Below, piece after piece: positions 36,580 to 50,956 of a stretch of 64,000 bases of DNA. The position numbers and the translations under genes are program-made. Location: contig NC_043011.1 in the NCBI RefSeq assembly GCF_006345805.1, positions 35,352,464 to 35,416,463 of the forward strand, given 5' to 3'. Source of the stretch: Octopus sinensis (taxonomy: Eukaryota). The notes under the pieces are model-generated. The model saw only the letters and a program-made list of their open reading frames with translations. It searched no databases and had not been told where the DNA came from. Within the stretch, counting starts at the first letter, position 1, and every line of letters begins with the position of its first letter.

Positions 36580-37872
36580 ATGTATATATAAATGCATATA
36601 TGCATGTGTATATATATATATTATATATATATATATATAAATACATGTGTATATATGTATATATGTATTTATATATAAATGCATATACATATATATATAT
36701 ATTTACATGTATATGCATATACACACACATATATATATATATATGTATTTGCATATACATACACACATACATGCACACACACTCACACACACACACACAC
36801 TCATACACACACATGCATGCATTTATAAATATAGGTATTGCAATGTTGTGTTAATAGGGTGTCATAATTTTTGCTTTACTCTCCTGACAGCCAAGTCAGC
36901 AAATCACCGACTTACATCAGAACACCTTATCCATTCACACACACTTACAATTATACACATAACCTCATACACATATACCCTCATACACATATACCCACAT
37001 ATACAAACACACAAATGCACACATGTATGGATTGAAAATATACAAAAACATTTACATGTATTCATTTTCGATTGCTTTTGATTTTTTCGCTGTGTTTTGT
37101 TTTTGCTTCAACTTTCATATTCTTTGACCAGTCTTCAGATTCTTCAAAAATAAACATCTTTCATCTGGTGCCATAAATATCAGTTGAATGAAGAATTGGT
37201 AAAATGCTAGGAGGAAATCTGACATTTCAGTAATGGTTTTCACAGAAAAGAGATTGGCACAAAGAGATTAGCTTCTTACACATTTCTTTTATAAATTTGT
37301 GTACTTTTGAATTTTTCTTTTATTTTTCATATTTTCTCATTTAGCATTTCCCACCCCACCATTTTATCAACTCCTTCCTATAGTTTCGCTAATGTGATGA
37401 TTACACATACACACAAATGCATGCACACATGCATACACACATTCGTACACACACATAAATATGCTCACACATGTGGGTGTATGTAGTATATATGTATGTG
37501 TGGCATTATGTATAAACATATTGGGATGTATGTTTATATTTATATATGTGTATATATATATATATATACATATATTATAATATATATATATTATAATAAA
37601 ATATATACAATATATATTATATATATACATATATATATAATATTATATAATAACGAAATATATTAATATATATATAAACATATCATATACATACGTGGAT
37701 ACCTACATGGATGCTTACACAAATGTGTAGTTATGGATATAGATATATATGTATGAGTGTGTATATATGTATGTGTGTGTGTGTGTGATGTGTGCATGTC
37801 TGTGTATATATATGTATATATATATATGTATGTGTGTATATATATAATATGTATATATAAATGCATATATGC

Positions 37873-37911
<39 letters not shown>

Positions 37912-37938
37912 CATGTGTATATATGTATATATATATAT

Positions 37939-37971
<33 letters not shown>

Positions 37972-39114
37972 TTACATGTATATGCATATACACACACATA
38001 TATATATATATATATGTATTTGCATATACATACACACATACATGCACACACACTCACACACACACACACACTCATACACACACATGCATGCATTTATAAA
38101 TATAGGTATTGCAATGTTGTGTTAATAGGGTGTCATAATTTTTGCTTTACTCTCCTGACAGCCAAGTCAGCAAATCACCGACTTACATCAGAACACCTTA
38201 TCCATTCACACACACTTACAATTATACACATAACCTCATACACATATACCCTCATACACATATACCCACATATACAAACACACAAATGCACACATGTATG
38301 GATTGAAAATATACAAAAACATTTACATGTATTTCATTTTCGATTGCTTTTGATTTTTTCGCTGTGTTTTGTTTTTGCTTCAACTTTCATATTCTTTGAC
38401 CAGTCTTCAGATTCTTCAAAAATAAACATCTTTCATCTGGTGCCATAAATATCAGTTGAATGAAGAATTGGTAAAATGCTAGGAGGAAATCTGACATTTC
38501 AGTAATGGTTTTCACAGAAAAGAGATTGGCACAAAGAGATTAGCTTCTTACACATTTCTTTTATAAATTTGTTTGTGTACTTTTGAATTTTTCTTTTATT
38601 TTTCATATTTTCTCATTTAGCATTTCCCACCCCACCATTTTATCAACTCCTTCCTATAGTTTCGCTAATGTGATGATTACACATACACACAAATGCATGC
38701 ACACATGCATACACACATTCGTACACACACATAAATATGCTCACACATGTGGGTGTATGTAGTATATATGTATGTGTGGCATTATGTATATAACATATTG
38801 GGATGTATGTTTATATTTATATATGTGTATATATATATATATATATATACATATATTATAATATATATATATTATAATAAAATATATACAATATATATTA
38901 TATATATACATATATATATATAATATTATATAATAACGAAATATATTAATATATATATAAACATATCATATACATACGTGGATACCTACATGGATGCTTA
39001 CACAAATGTGTAGTTATGGATATAGATATATATGTATGAGTGTGTATATATGTATGTGTGTGTGTGTGTGTGTGATGTGTGCATGTCTGTGTATATATAT
39101 GTATATATATATAT

Positions 39115-39130
<16 letters not shown>
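36580..39130. repeat. Near-identical tandem duplication, period ~1.27-1.28 kb
   Basis: 36841 matches 38112 and 37681 matches 38964; differences are mostly microsatellite lengths and small indels. Confidence 0.95.
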
Positions 39131-39154
<24 letters not shown>

Positions 39155-39889
39155 GTATGTATGTGTAGATATATATAATTACGTTTATATGTATTGTACA
39201 TATGTACACATATATATTTATACTGAAATACATACTCCAGTGCACACATGCACAATACACAACCGTTTACACATACATACGTACACACACATACATGCGT
39301 GCATCCATCCATCCATCCATCCATCCATACACACACACATACATACATACATACATACATACATACATACACACATACATACATACATATACACATACCT
39401 CCATACATACATTTATACATACATACATACATACATACTTATACTTCCGCACATACAGATATGTTCTTAATTCCTCTCCGTCTAGATTTCCTGCTTCAGT
39501 AGGTTTTGCTATATTTTCGCAAATAAAACAATCAACAACAACTCTAATTTTCTATGAAAGTCTTTGAAAAGTATTTCCATTTTCCAATACAACTGATTAT
39601 ATCTGTCGTTTAATTTTCATTTCTGTTATTAATACTTCCTCTTGTTGTTAGAAGTTTTATGAAACCTTTACACATACACACACACACACAAAGACATATA
39701 TACATACATATATATATATATATATATCTATATCCATACACACACATATGCAGACATATATATATATATTTATATATATTTATACAGACATACACACACA
39801 TATACATACTTGTGTATTTATATATATTTTGTTTTGGATTTGGTTTGCAAGATTCTTTATGTGAGTTCGTGTGTTGAAGCATATTCTGT

Positions 39890-40122
39890 TGTGTCTGGGG
39901 TGAGTCATTTTCTGTTTGTGCCTTATAATTTAACACACTCACCGGTAAAATTTCCACTTATTTCTTATTTTTATTTTCCTAAGATTATTGAAAAGACTAT
40001 TGAAAAGTTTGCAAGATGCAATGAAAATTGTAGGAAAATGAAAATAAGAAATAAGCGGAAATTTTACCATTGAGTGTGTTAAATTATAAGGCACAATAAG
40101 AAAATGACTCTCCCCAGACACA
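39890..40122. repeat. Foldback element, ~92-bp arms, ~49-nt loop
   Basis: tgtgtctgggg..ttttccta / taggaaaa..ccccagacaca. Confidence 0.9.
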
Positions 40123-40139
40123 AAAGTATATATATATAT

Positions 40140-40441
40140 ATCACCGTGAAAACCGTGACCGACCAGGCTATCAGATGTTGCTACACATTGCCGGTCACAA
40201 TGTGCTTCACGCTGTTTTAGCCTTCAGATGTCGCCACCTCACTGGCTAAGTGGGCAGGCCAATGAAAGAAAGTTGTGGTGAAAGAGTACAGCAGGAATCG
40301 CCACCCACCCCCTGCCGGAGCCTCGTGGAGCTTTAGGTGTTTTCGCTCAATAAACACTCACAACACCCGGTCTGGGAATCGAAACCGTGATCCTACGACT
40401 GCGAGTCCACTGCCCTAACCACTGGGCCATTGTGCCTCCAC
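40140..40441 (-). mobile_element. SINE family 3 with RTE-like 3' tail
   Basis: Head and body as in 35087-35407; tail ctgatagcctggtcggtcacggt...ggtgatatat. Confidence 0.85.
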
Positions 40442-41162
40442 ACACACACACACACATATATATATATAGGTATTCAGTTATGACAATGAGTGTTCAAGTG
40501 GATCTGATCAACAGAACAGCTTGCTCCTGAAATTAACATAAAAGTGGCTGAGCTCTCCATAGACATGTGTACTCTTAACGCAGTTCTCAGGGAGATTTAG
40601 CATGACACAGAATGTGACAAGGCTGGCCATTCGAATTTCAACAACTCACCTTTGCCAGGTGAGTTGACTGAAGCAATATGAAATAAAAAAAAAACACATC
40701 ACGAAGAATTGATCCCACAACCACACAGTCATGATCCAGTCTATTTAATGAATGGGGAATTCCAAGATAGTAGTAGGGAACACTTTAGATGTTTTGGAAG
40801 TATTTCCTACTACAAGCTTGAAAGTGCCCATTTGTTGTTGGATGGGCCAGTGGCTGTATCTTTGAATATAACTGATTTAAAGGGGATAAGTCCATCTTGC
40901 CTGTAAGACCTTCATGGACGAATACCTTGTTTACAAAGATAACTGACTGTAGTGTATATCTTCTTCCAGTTGTAGAGAGGTTATGCACCTTTGGCCATTT
41001 GATTCTGACAAATTGCCTATATGACTAAGTGCTTTATGTGTGTGAAACCAATGGTTGCTCTCTGACTGGTCATAACAATTAACTTCCTGTATAACATATT
41101 ACTGCTCTAATGCTGTAGAGTGTACTTCTAATCTTTTTTGAACAAATGAACTTCCAATAATG

Positions 41163-41204
<42 letters not shown>

Positions 41205-41214
41205 CATACACACT

Positions 41215-41612
41215 CTTTTACTCTTTTACTTGTTTCAGTCATTTGACTAAGGCCATGCTGGAGCACTACCTTTAGTCGAGCAAATCGACCCCAGGACTTA
41301 TTCTTTGTAAGCCTAGTACTTATTCTATTGGTTTCTTTTGCCGAACTGTTAAGTTACAGGGATGTAAACACACCAGCATCGCTTGTCAAGTGATGTTGGG
41401 GGGACAAACACAGACACACAAACATATACACACACATGCATATATATATACATATATATGATGGGCTTCTTTGAGTTTCCGTCTATCAAATCCACTCACG
41501 AGGCTTTGGTCAGCCTGAGGCTATAGTAGAAGAAACTTGCCTAAGGTGCCACTCAGTAGGAATGAACCCGGAACCATGTGGTTGGTAAGCAAGCTACTTA
41601 CCACACAGGCAT
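41215..41612 (-). mobile_element. SINE family 1, full length
   Basis: Reverse complement of 1403-1810. Confidence 0.9.
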
Positions 41613-41650
41613 TCCTGCACCTACATATACATATATTATTTATTATTATC

Positions 41651-41703
<53 letters not shown>

Positions 41704-42466
41704 TATGATGAATGAACATTTCCATGTGCTACGATGGACTCGACAGTTGTCTGTTTGGTTTCACCAGGTATGTTAATTTTGTTTATTTTTCATATGTTTT
41801 GAATATGTTTCACTGATTCACAAAAGACGTAGATAATACGTTAATTGCGAAATCACAGGTGATCTGGAACTAAATTCTGTTTTTAAATGTCTTGCTTCGA
41901 GATCTGCATTCGGTACGATTCGTTTATTATTGGTAGTAATGACTTTGAAAGTCCCTCCTAGTGTGTGGCATTTATGTGTAATAATGCCCTCTATATAATA
42001 TATATATATATATACTGTTTTAATGGTGACACTGCATTCGAAATACTACTTACTTGCCTGTAATGTGCAATGCACATTCGACGCTTCTAAAAAAAGTAAA
42101 TGCAAGTTTGTTTGTACACAGAGGGGGTTCTTACAATTCAAGAAGCTATCTATTTACTGCTTAAAAGCAATGGAGATTGTTGTATGTGGGTAATTAAGCT
42201 TAATGATAAAGCATTCAGCTGGTGTCTTGGTGGATGTGGTGGATGTGGGCTGTTTGTTGACAACATTTTTCTGCTTTCTAAGGATAATATTACCCAACTT
42301 TTCTGCTCTTAAAACAGCAATGCTGCATTCAAAACATTACTTTCTTGTCTGTATCATACGATGTACATGTGCTGTTTCTAAAAAACAAAATTAAATTTGT
42401 TTATATAGACACATGCTTGTTTTATATATATATATATATATAGAAAGAGAGAGAGAGAGAGAGACA

Positions 42467-43430
42467 TCCAGGGTGCATAAGGTGTTTGAGGATATATGTT
42501 TTTGGGTCATTGCTGCAATTTTTGCTCACTCTGTATAATATTTGTTTCAGAAAATAATACTGGCAGACCCTCAGCTTACTCAAGAAATGAAGAGGCATTC
42601 TATTATTGTGGTTATAAAGGCTGGGCATAGCAGTTTAGAAATATCTCGATTTTTAAAAGTTGCCAGATCTTTCATCTACAAAGTTTGTAAGGAATTAGAG
42701 CCTGAAGATGGAAATATTTCACCAGTATCAAACCAGAAAATGAATTCTAAATGCTCTGAAATCATCAGGACACCCAAATTTATTCAACAAATTCAACAAA
42801 CCATTGATTATAATCCTAGAAAGTCCATGAGGTCAATTGCAAAAGATATCCGTGTGCTAGAAGGAACAGTCAGAAATGTTGTACATGAAGACATCAGATA
42901 TAAGTCTTATATGATGAGGAAAGGTCAATTTGTCAGAAAAAACAAAAGAGAATCACTACATCAGTTCTGAAAGGCTCTTGAACAAACCAAAAAATCCGGC
43001 AGAAGAAGATTTGATTTGGTTTTCTCAAACAAGAAAGGCCAATGACCAAGATCAAAAAGTTAACAGAAGAAATGACAGATGTTTAAGTGTAGACCCTTCT
43101 GATATTCCAAGTGTTATGCATACAAAATTTCCTGCAACTGTCATGGTTTTAGGGGTTTTCAGCATTGAAGGGCATGTGATGCCTCCTTATTTCTTTCCAC
43201 AAGACCTTAGAATTAACTCTGCCCAATACATTAAGGTCCTGGAAATAATTGTTAAGCCCCAGATAGACAGTGTATGCAATGGAAGGCCATATGTATTTCA
43301 GTATGACTCTCCACTATCACACATGGCTTTAGTAACACAGGCATGGATGGCTGAAAATTTTCGTGATCACATAACTCCTAACATTTGACCTCCTAATTCC
43401 CCAGATCTCAATCCATTGGATGATTACATA
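42467..43430 (+). mobile_element. DD37D (maT/Bmmar1-like) transposon, 3' truncated
   Basis: TIR cagggtgcataagg..tttgagga. NPRKSMRSIAKDI, VMVLGV, and FQYD...PPNSPDLNPLD with 37-residue spacing. Confidence 0.88.
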
Positions 43431-43444
43431 TGGCCAAACATATG

Positions 43445-43625
43445 CTCAAAGGAACACACACACACACACATGGTGAGCTTCATTCAGTTTCTGTCTATGA
43501 AATTCACTCACAAAGCTTTGGCCAGTCTGAGGCTTATAGTAGAAGACACCTGCCCAAGATGCCATGCAGTAGGATTGAACCTGGAACCATGTGGTCAGGG
43601 AACAAACTTCTAATCAAGAGGCCAT
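43445..43625 (-). mobile_element. SINE family 1, 5' half, CpG-decayed
   Basis: Reverse head and body adjoining the truncated DD37D element. Confidence 0.75.
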
Positions 43626-43974
43626 ATATGTGCCTATATATTGTGTTGTGTGTTTTTCTCTCAGACAAAAAGCACGTCATACCTGTCAGTGGAATATATA
43701 CATTAAATATGATACATAGATGGCTGGTCTAAAATATTATATTTTGACAGCTATTCTGTTGTGATTTTTCGTTTTTCTTATATTTGTTGACAATTTCTCT
43801 GATTTATCAGGATTTTTGTAATAATTATATTCCTTTTTAGGTCCAGATTGTAGTAGATTTTATCTGGGATTATTTTTGCATTATAATTCCTGTTGCTTTG
43901 AATATGTTGAGATCCTCAATTCTGCCCTGTTAAAAATACTCTTGATGCGTTGGGCAATATGATATGGTTGAAAA

Positions 43975-44402
43975 GACCTGTTGAGTCAAGTAAAACCAAT
44001 ATCGTAGCTGAGGTTGGTGCCCTCTGGCTGGCTCCTGTGCCAATGGCACTTCAAAGGCACCGTCTGAATGTGGTCGAAGCCAGGTCTGCCTGACTGGCTA
44101 CTGTGCTGGTGGCATGTAAAAAACCACCAACTGATTATGACTGATGCCAGTGCCCCTCTGACTGGCTCTTGTACCAGTGGCACATAAAAAGCACCATCTG
44201 AATGTGGATCATTGCCAGGCCTGCCTTACTGGCTCCTGTGCCGGTGGCATGTAAAAAAAAGGTTGGTGTTAGGAAGGGCATCCAGCTGTAGAAACTCTGC
44301 CAGACCAGATTGGAGCCTGGTGCAGCCGCTGGCTCTTCAGACCTCAGTCAAACAGTCCAACCTATGCCAGTATGGAAAACGGATGTTAATCGATGATGAT
44401 GG

Positions 44403-44430
<28 letters not shown>
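43975..44430 (+). mobile_element. RTE 3' UTR fragment with internal tandem units and (GAT)n tail
   Basis: Homologous to 52550-52985. Confidence 0.85.
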
Positions 44431-44433
<3 letters not shown>

Positions 44434-45280
44434 GTCTTCATAAAAAAAGGGCTTTGGTTTCTGTCAGTGCTGTTGCTATATTGTTTCAGTATCCTGGAAT
44501 TAATGTAATTTTAAAAATCTTAAATTCCTCTCCTTAGAAAATACAACTCCAAACACAACATTTTTCATGCCATTTCAGTTTTGTTTTTGTTTACCCGCAT
44601 GTAGACCTGATTGAGATCAACCTATGATCAAAGACATTCTATCCATGGCCATCCTATATTTTATTCGTTTAAAAATCTTTGCACATTTTTCAGACAGCTT
44701 ATATTGGTCAATAAACTCTGATAGGTTCTCTCAAATTTTAAAACAGTAAAATGAAATTTGAGTGTGATTAATTGACTATTTCTAACAGATTGGATGACCA
44801 TGCAGAAGCTCTCTCATCGAGTGTTTGTCTCATATACATTTCTTGTTTCTAGCCACAGTAGCTTTCTAGTATTCCTTTGTTTGTAATCCCATAGAACCAG
44901 CATTATATCTCTTACCGAAAATCATTGAATTACCTTTTTTCAAAAGACAAATTTATCTTAAATGATCTCCTGGAATATTCAACGAGATTTTCTGTCACTT
45001 CCTTCTTTTCTTTTCTTTACATCTTTTTATTTCATTTACGTTTTGTTTTGTTTGTTTTGTTTTTGTATATTTGTATGTTTTTGTCTTTTCATTCATTTTC
45101 TTTCGTGACAAGTATTTGTTTTGATGCTTCACTATCCAATAAATATCTACAGGGAACATATGAATGAGTCTGTATTAATATTTGTCTTTGGCACTCTCTC
45201 TCTCTCTCTTCATCTCCCTTCTCCTCTCTCTCTGTATAAATACATACGGGCATAAAAATATATCATATAATATAACATAT

Positions 45281-45316
<36 letters not shown>

Positions 45317-45822
45317 ACACACACAGACACACACACACACAGACACACACACACAAACATATATGTGGAAATGGAGAGATGATATAAGTATCTATGAGCA
45401 AGTGTATATGTGTACACAAGATAGCCATATATATTATGTATGTATGTGTATGAGTGTGTGTTGTGTGTGTGTGTGTGTGCATGTTTGTACATGTGTGCGT
45501 GTATATATATATATATGCATTGTGTGTATATATATATATATATATATATACACGCACATATATGCATATATATATGTATGTATGCATGTATATATATATA
45601 TGAGTGTGTGTGTGTATATATATTTGTGTGTGTGCATATATATATATATACACATATATACAAACACACATACATATGTATGAACTTGTATGCTGTTTGC
45701 ATATATATATATTTATAAACACACATATAACAAACATACAAGTGAAGATATATGTATATGCACATACATATATACATCCACCCATCCATATATATATACA
45801 TATATATATGCATACATATATG

Positions 45823-45854
<32 letters not shown>

Positions 45855-46089
45855 GACAGACACACATATGCACATATATACACACATACATATATTTATA
45901 TAGGTATAAAAAATTGTGTATACATATGTAAATACAAACACATAAACAACAGCATACATATATGTATATAAACACAAACAAACCAGTACACATGCACACA
46001 CACACACACACACATACACACATACGTATATGCATACATACATATGCAAAAACACCAAATACGAAGACTTATATTTACATATTTAGACC

Positions 46090-46435
46090 AAGTGACAACA
46101 TTATAAATCATCATCATCATCGCCATCTTAGTCGTCATCATCATCATCATCATCATCATCATAGTCGTCATCGTTATCGTCATCATCGTCATCGCCATCA
46201 TCATCGCCATCATGATCGTCATCATCCTCATCATTGTCATCATCATCATCATCATCATCATCATCAGCATCATCATCGCCATCATGATGATCATCATCAT
46301 CATTGACATCATCATCATCATCGTCGGCGTCATCATCATCATCATCCCCATTGTTGTCATCGTCATCATGATCATCATGATCATCATCATCCTCATCGTC
46401 ATCGCCATCATGATCATCATCATCCTCATCATCAA
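46090..46435. repeat. Degenerate (CAT)n tract
   Basis: Direct reading; source of the poly-His/Met/Ile ORFs. Confidence 0.95.
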
Positions 46436-46769
46436 AAATGATTTTGGCTGCAGTAGCAGGAGCAGCCTAAGGTGTTAGGGTGTAAATGCAGATGAGAGTA
46501 GGGTGTGGTGTGGGGAATGGAATGGTTGAAGGGTAAAGGGTGGTGGTGGTGGTGACGATGGGATGTGTGGAGGGGATGGAAATTTATATCGACTTGATTT
46601 GCTTAGTTACCGGATGAGTGCGATAGAATATAGTGATATAGTGTGTCGTGTCTGTGTGTGTATGCACACGTTTGTGTGTGTGTACGCGCACGTTTGTGTG
46701 TGTGTATGCATGTGTATATAAGTGTGAATGTGTGTGTGAATGAATGGGTATGATGTTTGTGTGTGTGTA

Positions 46770-46811
<42 letters not shown>

Positions 46812-46820
46812 TATATATTA

Positions 46821-46879
<59 letters not shown>

Positions 46880-46905
46880 ATATATATATATGCATATATA
46901 CATAT

Positions 46906-47335
46906 ACAGGGTGCGTAAGATATTTGAGGACAGGTTTATATTTATAATAATAGATATAACTTTATTTATCACAAAATGCTATGAGGATAAAAATAAACCT
47001 GCTTTTCTATAATGTTATTCAATAAAGCCACCTTCAGCTTCAACAACTGCTTCTGTATGAGATCTAAATCATCTACATGCTCGAATCAAGTGGTCCTAGT
47101 TCATTTTGGACATTACTCTGACTATGGCAGCTTTCAAAGAATCTTTGGCAAATTTTCAGCCATCCATTCCTGTGTTACTAGAGCCATGTGTAATGGTGCA
47201 GAGCTTTGCTGAAACACATATGGCCTTCCATTGCATACATTGTCTATCCAGAGCTTAACAATTATTTCCAGGACCTTGATGTAGGCAGCAGAGTTAACTC
47301 TAAGGCCTTGTGAAAAGAAGCAAAGAGGCATCAAA
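46906..47335 (-). mobile_element. DD37D family 3' end fragment, inverted relative to 42467-43430
   Basis: TIR tacagggtgcgtaagatatttgagg; LRVNSAAYIKVLEIIVK..CNGRPYVFQQ, then an internal deletion. Confidence 0.85.
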
Positions 47336-47524
47336 ATAGGTTATTCAACAGTTAATATATAAATCCAATAATATTCTCATGAGATAAGAATTTAGTGATA
47401 TATTCCATTTGATAAATCTGAATATGTTTCCATAACCATATAGGAGTATATAATATCAACAATGATAATAAAATTATTATTATAAAGTGGCCCAGCATTA
47501 CCTTTAATTCTTTATATATATACT

Positions 47525-47747
47525 CTCTTTTTACTCTTTTACTCTTTTACTTGTTTCAGTCATTTGACTGTGGCCATGCTGGAGCACCGCGGGCTTCTTT
47601 CAGTTTCCGTCTACCAAATCCACTCACAAGGCTTTGGTCAGCCCGAGGCTATAGTGGAAGACACTTGCCCAAGGTGCCACGCAGTGGGACTGAACCCGGA
47701 ACCATGTGGTTGGTAAACAAGCTACTTACCACACAGCCACTCCTACG

Positions 47748-47752
<5 letters not shown>
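47525..47752 (-). mobile_element. SINE family 1 with central deletion, CpG-intact
   Basis: The head joins directly to the tail at ..gaagccc|gcggtgctcc.. Confidence 0.85.
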
Positions 47753-47789
<37 letters not shown>

Positions 47790-48111
47790 AAGTGAGATAG
47801 GGGTTGTGAGTGTAACCCACTATGGGATATCATTTATCCAATATACTGCCAGTAAAGTACCCAGAAAGGCTAATACATAAATGCTAAGAATTGCAATGTA
47901 ATTAATTCATTTATTGTATTATATGGGCGAAGGTAAAATGTTTTACTTCAAATTCATAATTGAGATATATATATAAGTAACTCATTTATAACCGCATATT
48001 ATCTTAATACATCTGACTAATATGAGCATAATGAGATACTCTTATCTACAGGCTGAAACAGCTGTAAGATCCATTTTATATTTATATGTATTGTTCTTAT
48101 GGTATTATCAA

Positions 48112-48345
48112 GGCGGCGAGCTGGCAGAAACATTAGCACGCTGGGCGAAATGCTTAGCGGTATTTCGTCTGTGTTACATTGTGAGTTCGAATTCCGCCGA
48201 GGTTGACTTTGCCTTTCATCCTTTCGGGGTCGATAAATTAAGTACCAGTTACGCACTTGGGTCGATGTAATCGACTTAACACCTATTCCTGTGCTTGTTT
48301 GTCCCCTCTGTGTTTAGCCCCTTGTGGGTAATAAAGAAATAGGTA
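48112..48345 (+). mobile_element. SINE family 2 with Tx1-like tail
   Basis: Ends ttgtcccctctgtgtttagccccttgtgggtaataaagaaatagg. Confidence 0.9.
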
Positions 48346-48487
48346 TTATCTTACTCATTGATATGTACTGTTTTATTCTGTATTATTCTGTTTGATCTGG
48401 ATGTTCCTAAATAATTAGTTAATAAATTATATGAATTGGTATTATCTAGTAGTTGATGATTGATAGAAATCTATTCCTCCATTTTCT

Positions 48488-48536
<49 letters not shown>

Positions 48537-48613
48537 CATATATATATATATGTGTTGTGTGGTGTATATATATATGTATATATATATTGTATATATATAT
48601 GTATATATATATA

Positions 48614-48652
<39 letters not shown>

Positions 48653-48689
48653 TATATAGCTTTACATAGACCTACACATGTTTCAATTG

Positions 48690-49200
48690 CACCGAAAAGC
48701 AACCATTGAAATTGCCACCCTATTATAATACCGGTTCAGTATCCTCAGGGTCTGTTATGGTTTTGCAGTAAAAATTAATTCCCAATTGATAGTACAGTGT
48801 TTGTTTGTGTCTTTAATACACCAGATTAATTACTAAGATTTGTTTGGATTCTTTTATTCTTATCTCTTAATGAACTCAAATGATTTGCCAGTCTCTTCTT
48901 GGAAATTTGCGATATCACGCTGATGTAAAAGTATTCATTACTCTCAGATGTAACTTCACATCTATATATTACATTTTTAGCTTTGCAGAACTATACTATA
49001 AATTGGGAATTAATTTACATTATTTACATTATTTACATTTGATGAATATTTGTCCTCATCTTGTTTGCTGTTAACACGTTTCAGCTGATATACCCTCCAG
49101 CCTTCATCAGGCCTCTTGGGGAAATTTTGAACCTGGGTTCTCATTCCTAAGGTATTTTTCGATGTTGTTGTTGTTGTTATTATTATTATTATTATATATT
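48690..49200 (-). mobile_element. Penelope-like fragment: pLTR with hammerhead-like core (49075-49115) adjoining a GIY-YIG remnant
   Basis: KNVIYRCEVTSESNEYFYI...KKRLANHLSSLRDKNKRIQTNLS at ~48820-48995; CTGATGA..GAAA on the minus strand. Confidence 0.75.
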
Positions 49201-49330
49201 TAAAAAAATTTTTTATCATTATTATTCAGGTCACTGCTTGGAATCAAACCTGGAATCATGGGGTTAGTAGCCTGTGCTCTTAACCACTACGTCATATGCC
49301 CATGGGTATACATAAATAATGTAAATCATC

Positions 49331-49655
49331 AATCATCATCATCATCACCATCGTTTAACGTCCGTTTTCCATGCTAGCATGGGTTGGATAGTTCGACCAG
49401 GGTCTGGGAAGCCAGGAGGCTGCACTAAGCCCCAGTCTGATCCGGCAGTGTTTCTACAGTTGGATGCCCTCCCTAACGCCAACCACTCTGTGAGTGTAGT
49501 GGGTGATTTTTACATGCCACCGGCACATGTGCCAAGGGAAGCTGGCAGCAGTCACGATCAGTTGGTGCTTTTTACGTGCCACCGGCACAGAAGCCACTCG
49601 AGGCAGTGCTGGTATCGGCCACGTTCGGATGGTGCTTTTTATGTGCCACCAGAAC
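49331..49655 (-). mobile_element. RTE 3' UTR fragment
   Basis: Reverse complement of 52700-52985. Confidence 0.85.
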
Positions 49656-49949
49656 AGGTATCACAACTTCAATTTCCATTTGATATTTATTTTGATGTTG
49701 ATGTACATAATTCCTCATCTCTTAAATATAGAACCAAGCCAGCATGGACAATGGATGTGAAATGATGGTGATGATGATTTTAATGATGATGATGATTATA
49801 ATGATGATGATGGTGTGTGTGTGTATGTGTATTTGATTTGAATGCAGGGACATGAGACATACACAGACATGCAGGAAGTAAATAGACACCTTTAATTTTC
49901 AAAATTTCTCATCTAAGATCTTAATATATTTTCAGTGGTGTAGAATTTA

Positions 49950-50110
49950 CAATTGTGGAAAATGAACCCCGTTTGAAGGCTTTTGACATTACAAAACAGT
50001 TAGAAGTTAGTCCAAGAATGTGTGTTACATATCTGCATAAGCTTGGGTATTATGGACGAGCACCTAGAAGAAAACCTCTCCTTCAACTAATTAATATCAA
50101 ATAAAAGATT
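49950..50110 (+). pseudogene. Tc1-type transposase fragment
   Basis: VENEPRLKAFDITKQLEVSPRMCVTYLHKLGYYGRAPRRKPLL resembles the Tc1/Tc3 second HTH region. Confidence 0.6.
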
Positions 50111-50197
50111 TTGAAAATTAAAGGTGTCTATTTCTTCCTGTATGTCTGTGTACAGCAGCTAAGATGGATATCACCAGGTAGATATTTACTTATTTAC

Positions 50198-50293
50198 CCA
50201 AGTTCCTCCACTCCCATCGTATTGTGCCAGATGTATTGGCAACAGAAAGTTATTGGTTTCACCTCTTCAATGTCCTTCTCAGACCAATTATAT
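50198..50293 (-). CDS. Candidate internal coding exon (96 nt, phase 2-2) of an unidentified host gene: YNWSEKDIEEVKPITFCCQYIWHNTMGVEEL
   Basis: Acceptor ccttttctag, donor gg|gtaaat, single open frame, non-repetitive; no homology recognised. Confidence 0.45.
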
Positions 50294-50918
50294 CTAGAAA
50301 AGGATTATTTTGATATTTTTCATAAGAGAGAATTGTATTTGATATATTGGGAAGGAAACGGTTATAAATGTTTGTGTGTGTGTATGTATCTGTGTATGTG
50401 TGTGTGATGGATTTGGGTGGATAAAAGCATATTTGATTAAATCATGTCACACGCACATATATTGCTGTATCCAAACATGGTACCCAAGACCAGTGAAACT
50501 TTGAAACAAATACATGTAAGGCAGCCAATATCCACATTACATTGTCCTCAAACAACTCTCTCTCTGCCTTTCTTTCTCTCCCTCTCTCTCTGTTACTAAA
50601 ACACCTCTCTCTCTCCCTCGCACCCCTCACTCTCTGCCTTTTTCTTCTCTCTCTCTCTTTCTCTCTTTTCTGTTCTCCTGCCACAAGAAATATATTAACA
50701 ATATTATATTCGGAATACCTACAATGTTTAACATTTCAGAAAGGCCATCGATATTGACATAAATTTTACGACAGCAGAGATATTAAGAACTTATACACGT
50801 GGAAAAGTGCAACAAGGCCAGATTTTGGTTAGTCATAATACCATATTGGTTTAAGATTATTTATTTTATTCCCCATCTCTCTCTGTCTCTTCTTTTCACT
50901 CTCTTTATGTATATATAC

Positions 50919-50956
<38 letters not shown>

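Noticed and set aside
40741-41060. Possible decayed reverse transcriptase (RQDGLIPF, minus strand)
   Set aside because: A single weak motif with many stops.
41707-41773. Plus-strand exon ending at a strong cag|gtatgt donor
   Set aside because: No acceptor or partner exon found; it emerges directly from a (TA)n tract.
44935-45148. Minus-strand exon with a good acceptor and an open A-rich frame
   Set aside because: The A-rich composition explains the openness; no frame reaches the donor without a stop.
45210-46478. Long ORFs rich in Y/I/C/V/H/T and poly-His/Met (also at 4197-4693, 36000-39500, 53200-54100, 61100-62950)
   Set aside because: Products of (TA), (CA), (TACA) and (CAT) microsatellites.
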